DNA of 47,455 bases, filler included, from Trypethelium eluteriae (Eukaryota), in assembly GCA_051942245.1 (NCBI GenBank). It is 2 parts of 2 records of this genome, joined end to end, with 100 filler letters (N's around TTAATTAATTAA, not from the genome) between each part and the next. Parts side by side here need not be neighbours in the genome. Positions count along the whole stretch, not along the records: positions 23,860 to 47,455 come from JAVECL010000417.1; 1 more part is not named here. The stretch is one strand, 5' to 3'. The notes under the pieces were generated by a model. It made no database searches. It saw only the letters and a program-made list of their open reading frames with translations, and was not told the DNA's origin. Below, piece after piece: positions 47,266-47,455 of this stretch (position 1 is the stretch's first letter; each line of letters begins with the position of its first letter). The translations under genes were made by a program, and so were the position numbers.

Positions 47266-47455
47266 TGTTAGACACCGTTTTCGGAGAAAAGGACTCGATT
47301 AATTTTTCTGTGTAACCTGAGATAAGGGCTCTATATAAACCTCATCGAAAATGAGGACAGTAAAAAACCTAATTAACTAGTAAAATGAGGACCTACGTAG
47401 TAGGTTCGAGAATCTCGCGCATTGACCCTCGTGTAGAGCATAGCGAGATTACGCG
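47266..47455. mobile_element. Probable second element (LTR-like start) interrupting the LINE; runs off the window
   Basis: LINE similarity ends abruptly near 47256. It is followed by TGTTAG (47266) and TGTAAC (47311), both LTR-like starts, a repeated AAAATGAGGAC and short hairpins; CpG is retained. No second LTR or TSD is visible. Confidence 0.35.

Noticed and set aside
47385..47425. GGTTCGAGA as a tRNA T-loop
   Set aside because: No cloverleaf, acceptor stem or A box could be built; no tRNA or rRNA was recognised in the window.
1..47455. CRISPR array, prokaryotic operon or secondary-metabolite backbone cluster
   Set aside because: No regularly spaced repeats, genes have spliceosomal introns, and there are no PKS, NRPS, terpene or RiPP-precursor signatures.

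Overview
Eukaryotic, intron-containing DNA from a filamentous ascomycete (Pezizomycotina, plausibly Dothideomycetes). This rests on 48-91 nt introns with CTRAY branch points, fungal protein families and a RIP-mutated transposon. About 17 protein-coding genes are present: a Ser-rich hypothetical, DBP3, a Dal5-like MFS permease, an LLH-x-F hypothetical, an SDR, a DHX29-like DEAH helicase head-to-head with GCN1, a CCDC130/Yju2-family gene, a BSD-domain gene, a small two-exon GRGGAGN protein the ORF track only partly shows, an isochorismatase-family hydrolase, a small mitochondrial-type protein, DOA4 head-to-head with VPS27, a GT32-like DxD glycosyltransferase, a mitochondrial-type alpha/beta-hydrolase pseudoenzyme and a HET-domain gene. 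The window ends in a RIP-degraded Tad1-like LINE (RT thumb, RNase H, CCHC finger, (AATC)n tail) cut by a probable second element. A 100-nt artificial scaffold spacer hides the 3' ends of GCN1 and the CCDC130-like gene. No clear-cut new multi-gene system is demonstrable from sequence alone. The best leads are the TGATG-coupled transmembrane uORF ahead of the SDR, two divergent pairs of functionally linked genes (DOA4/VPS27 and DHX29-like/GCN1), the pseudoenzyme, the PKA-site-rich microprotein, GC-AG introns and the HET gene beside RIPed DNA. Exon boundaries were derived by hand and checked for frame; no database searches were run.
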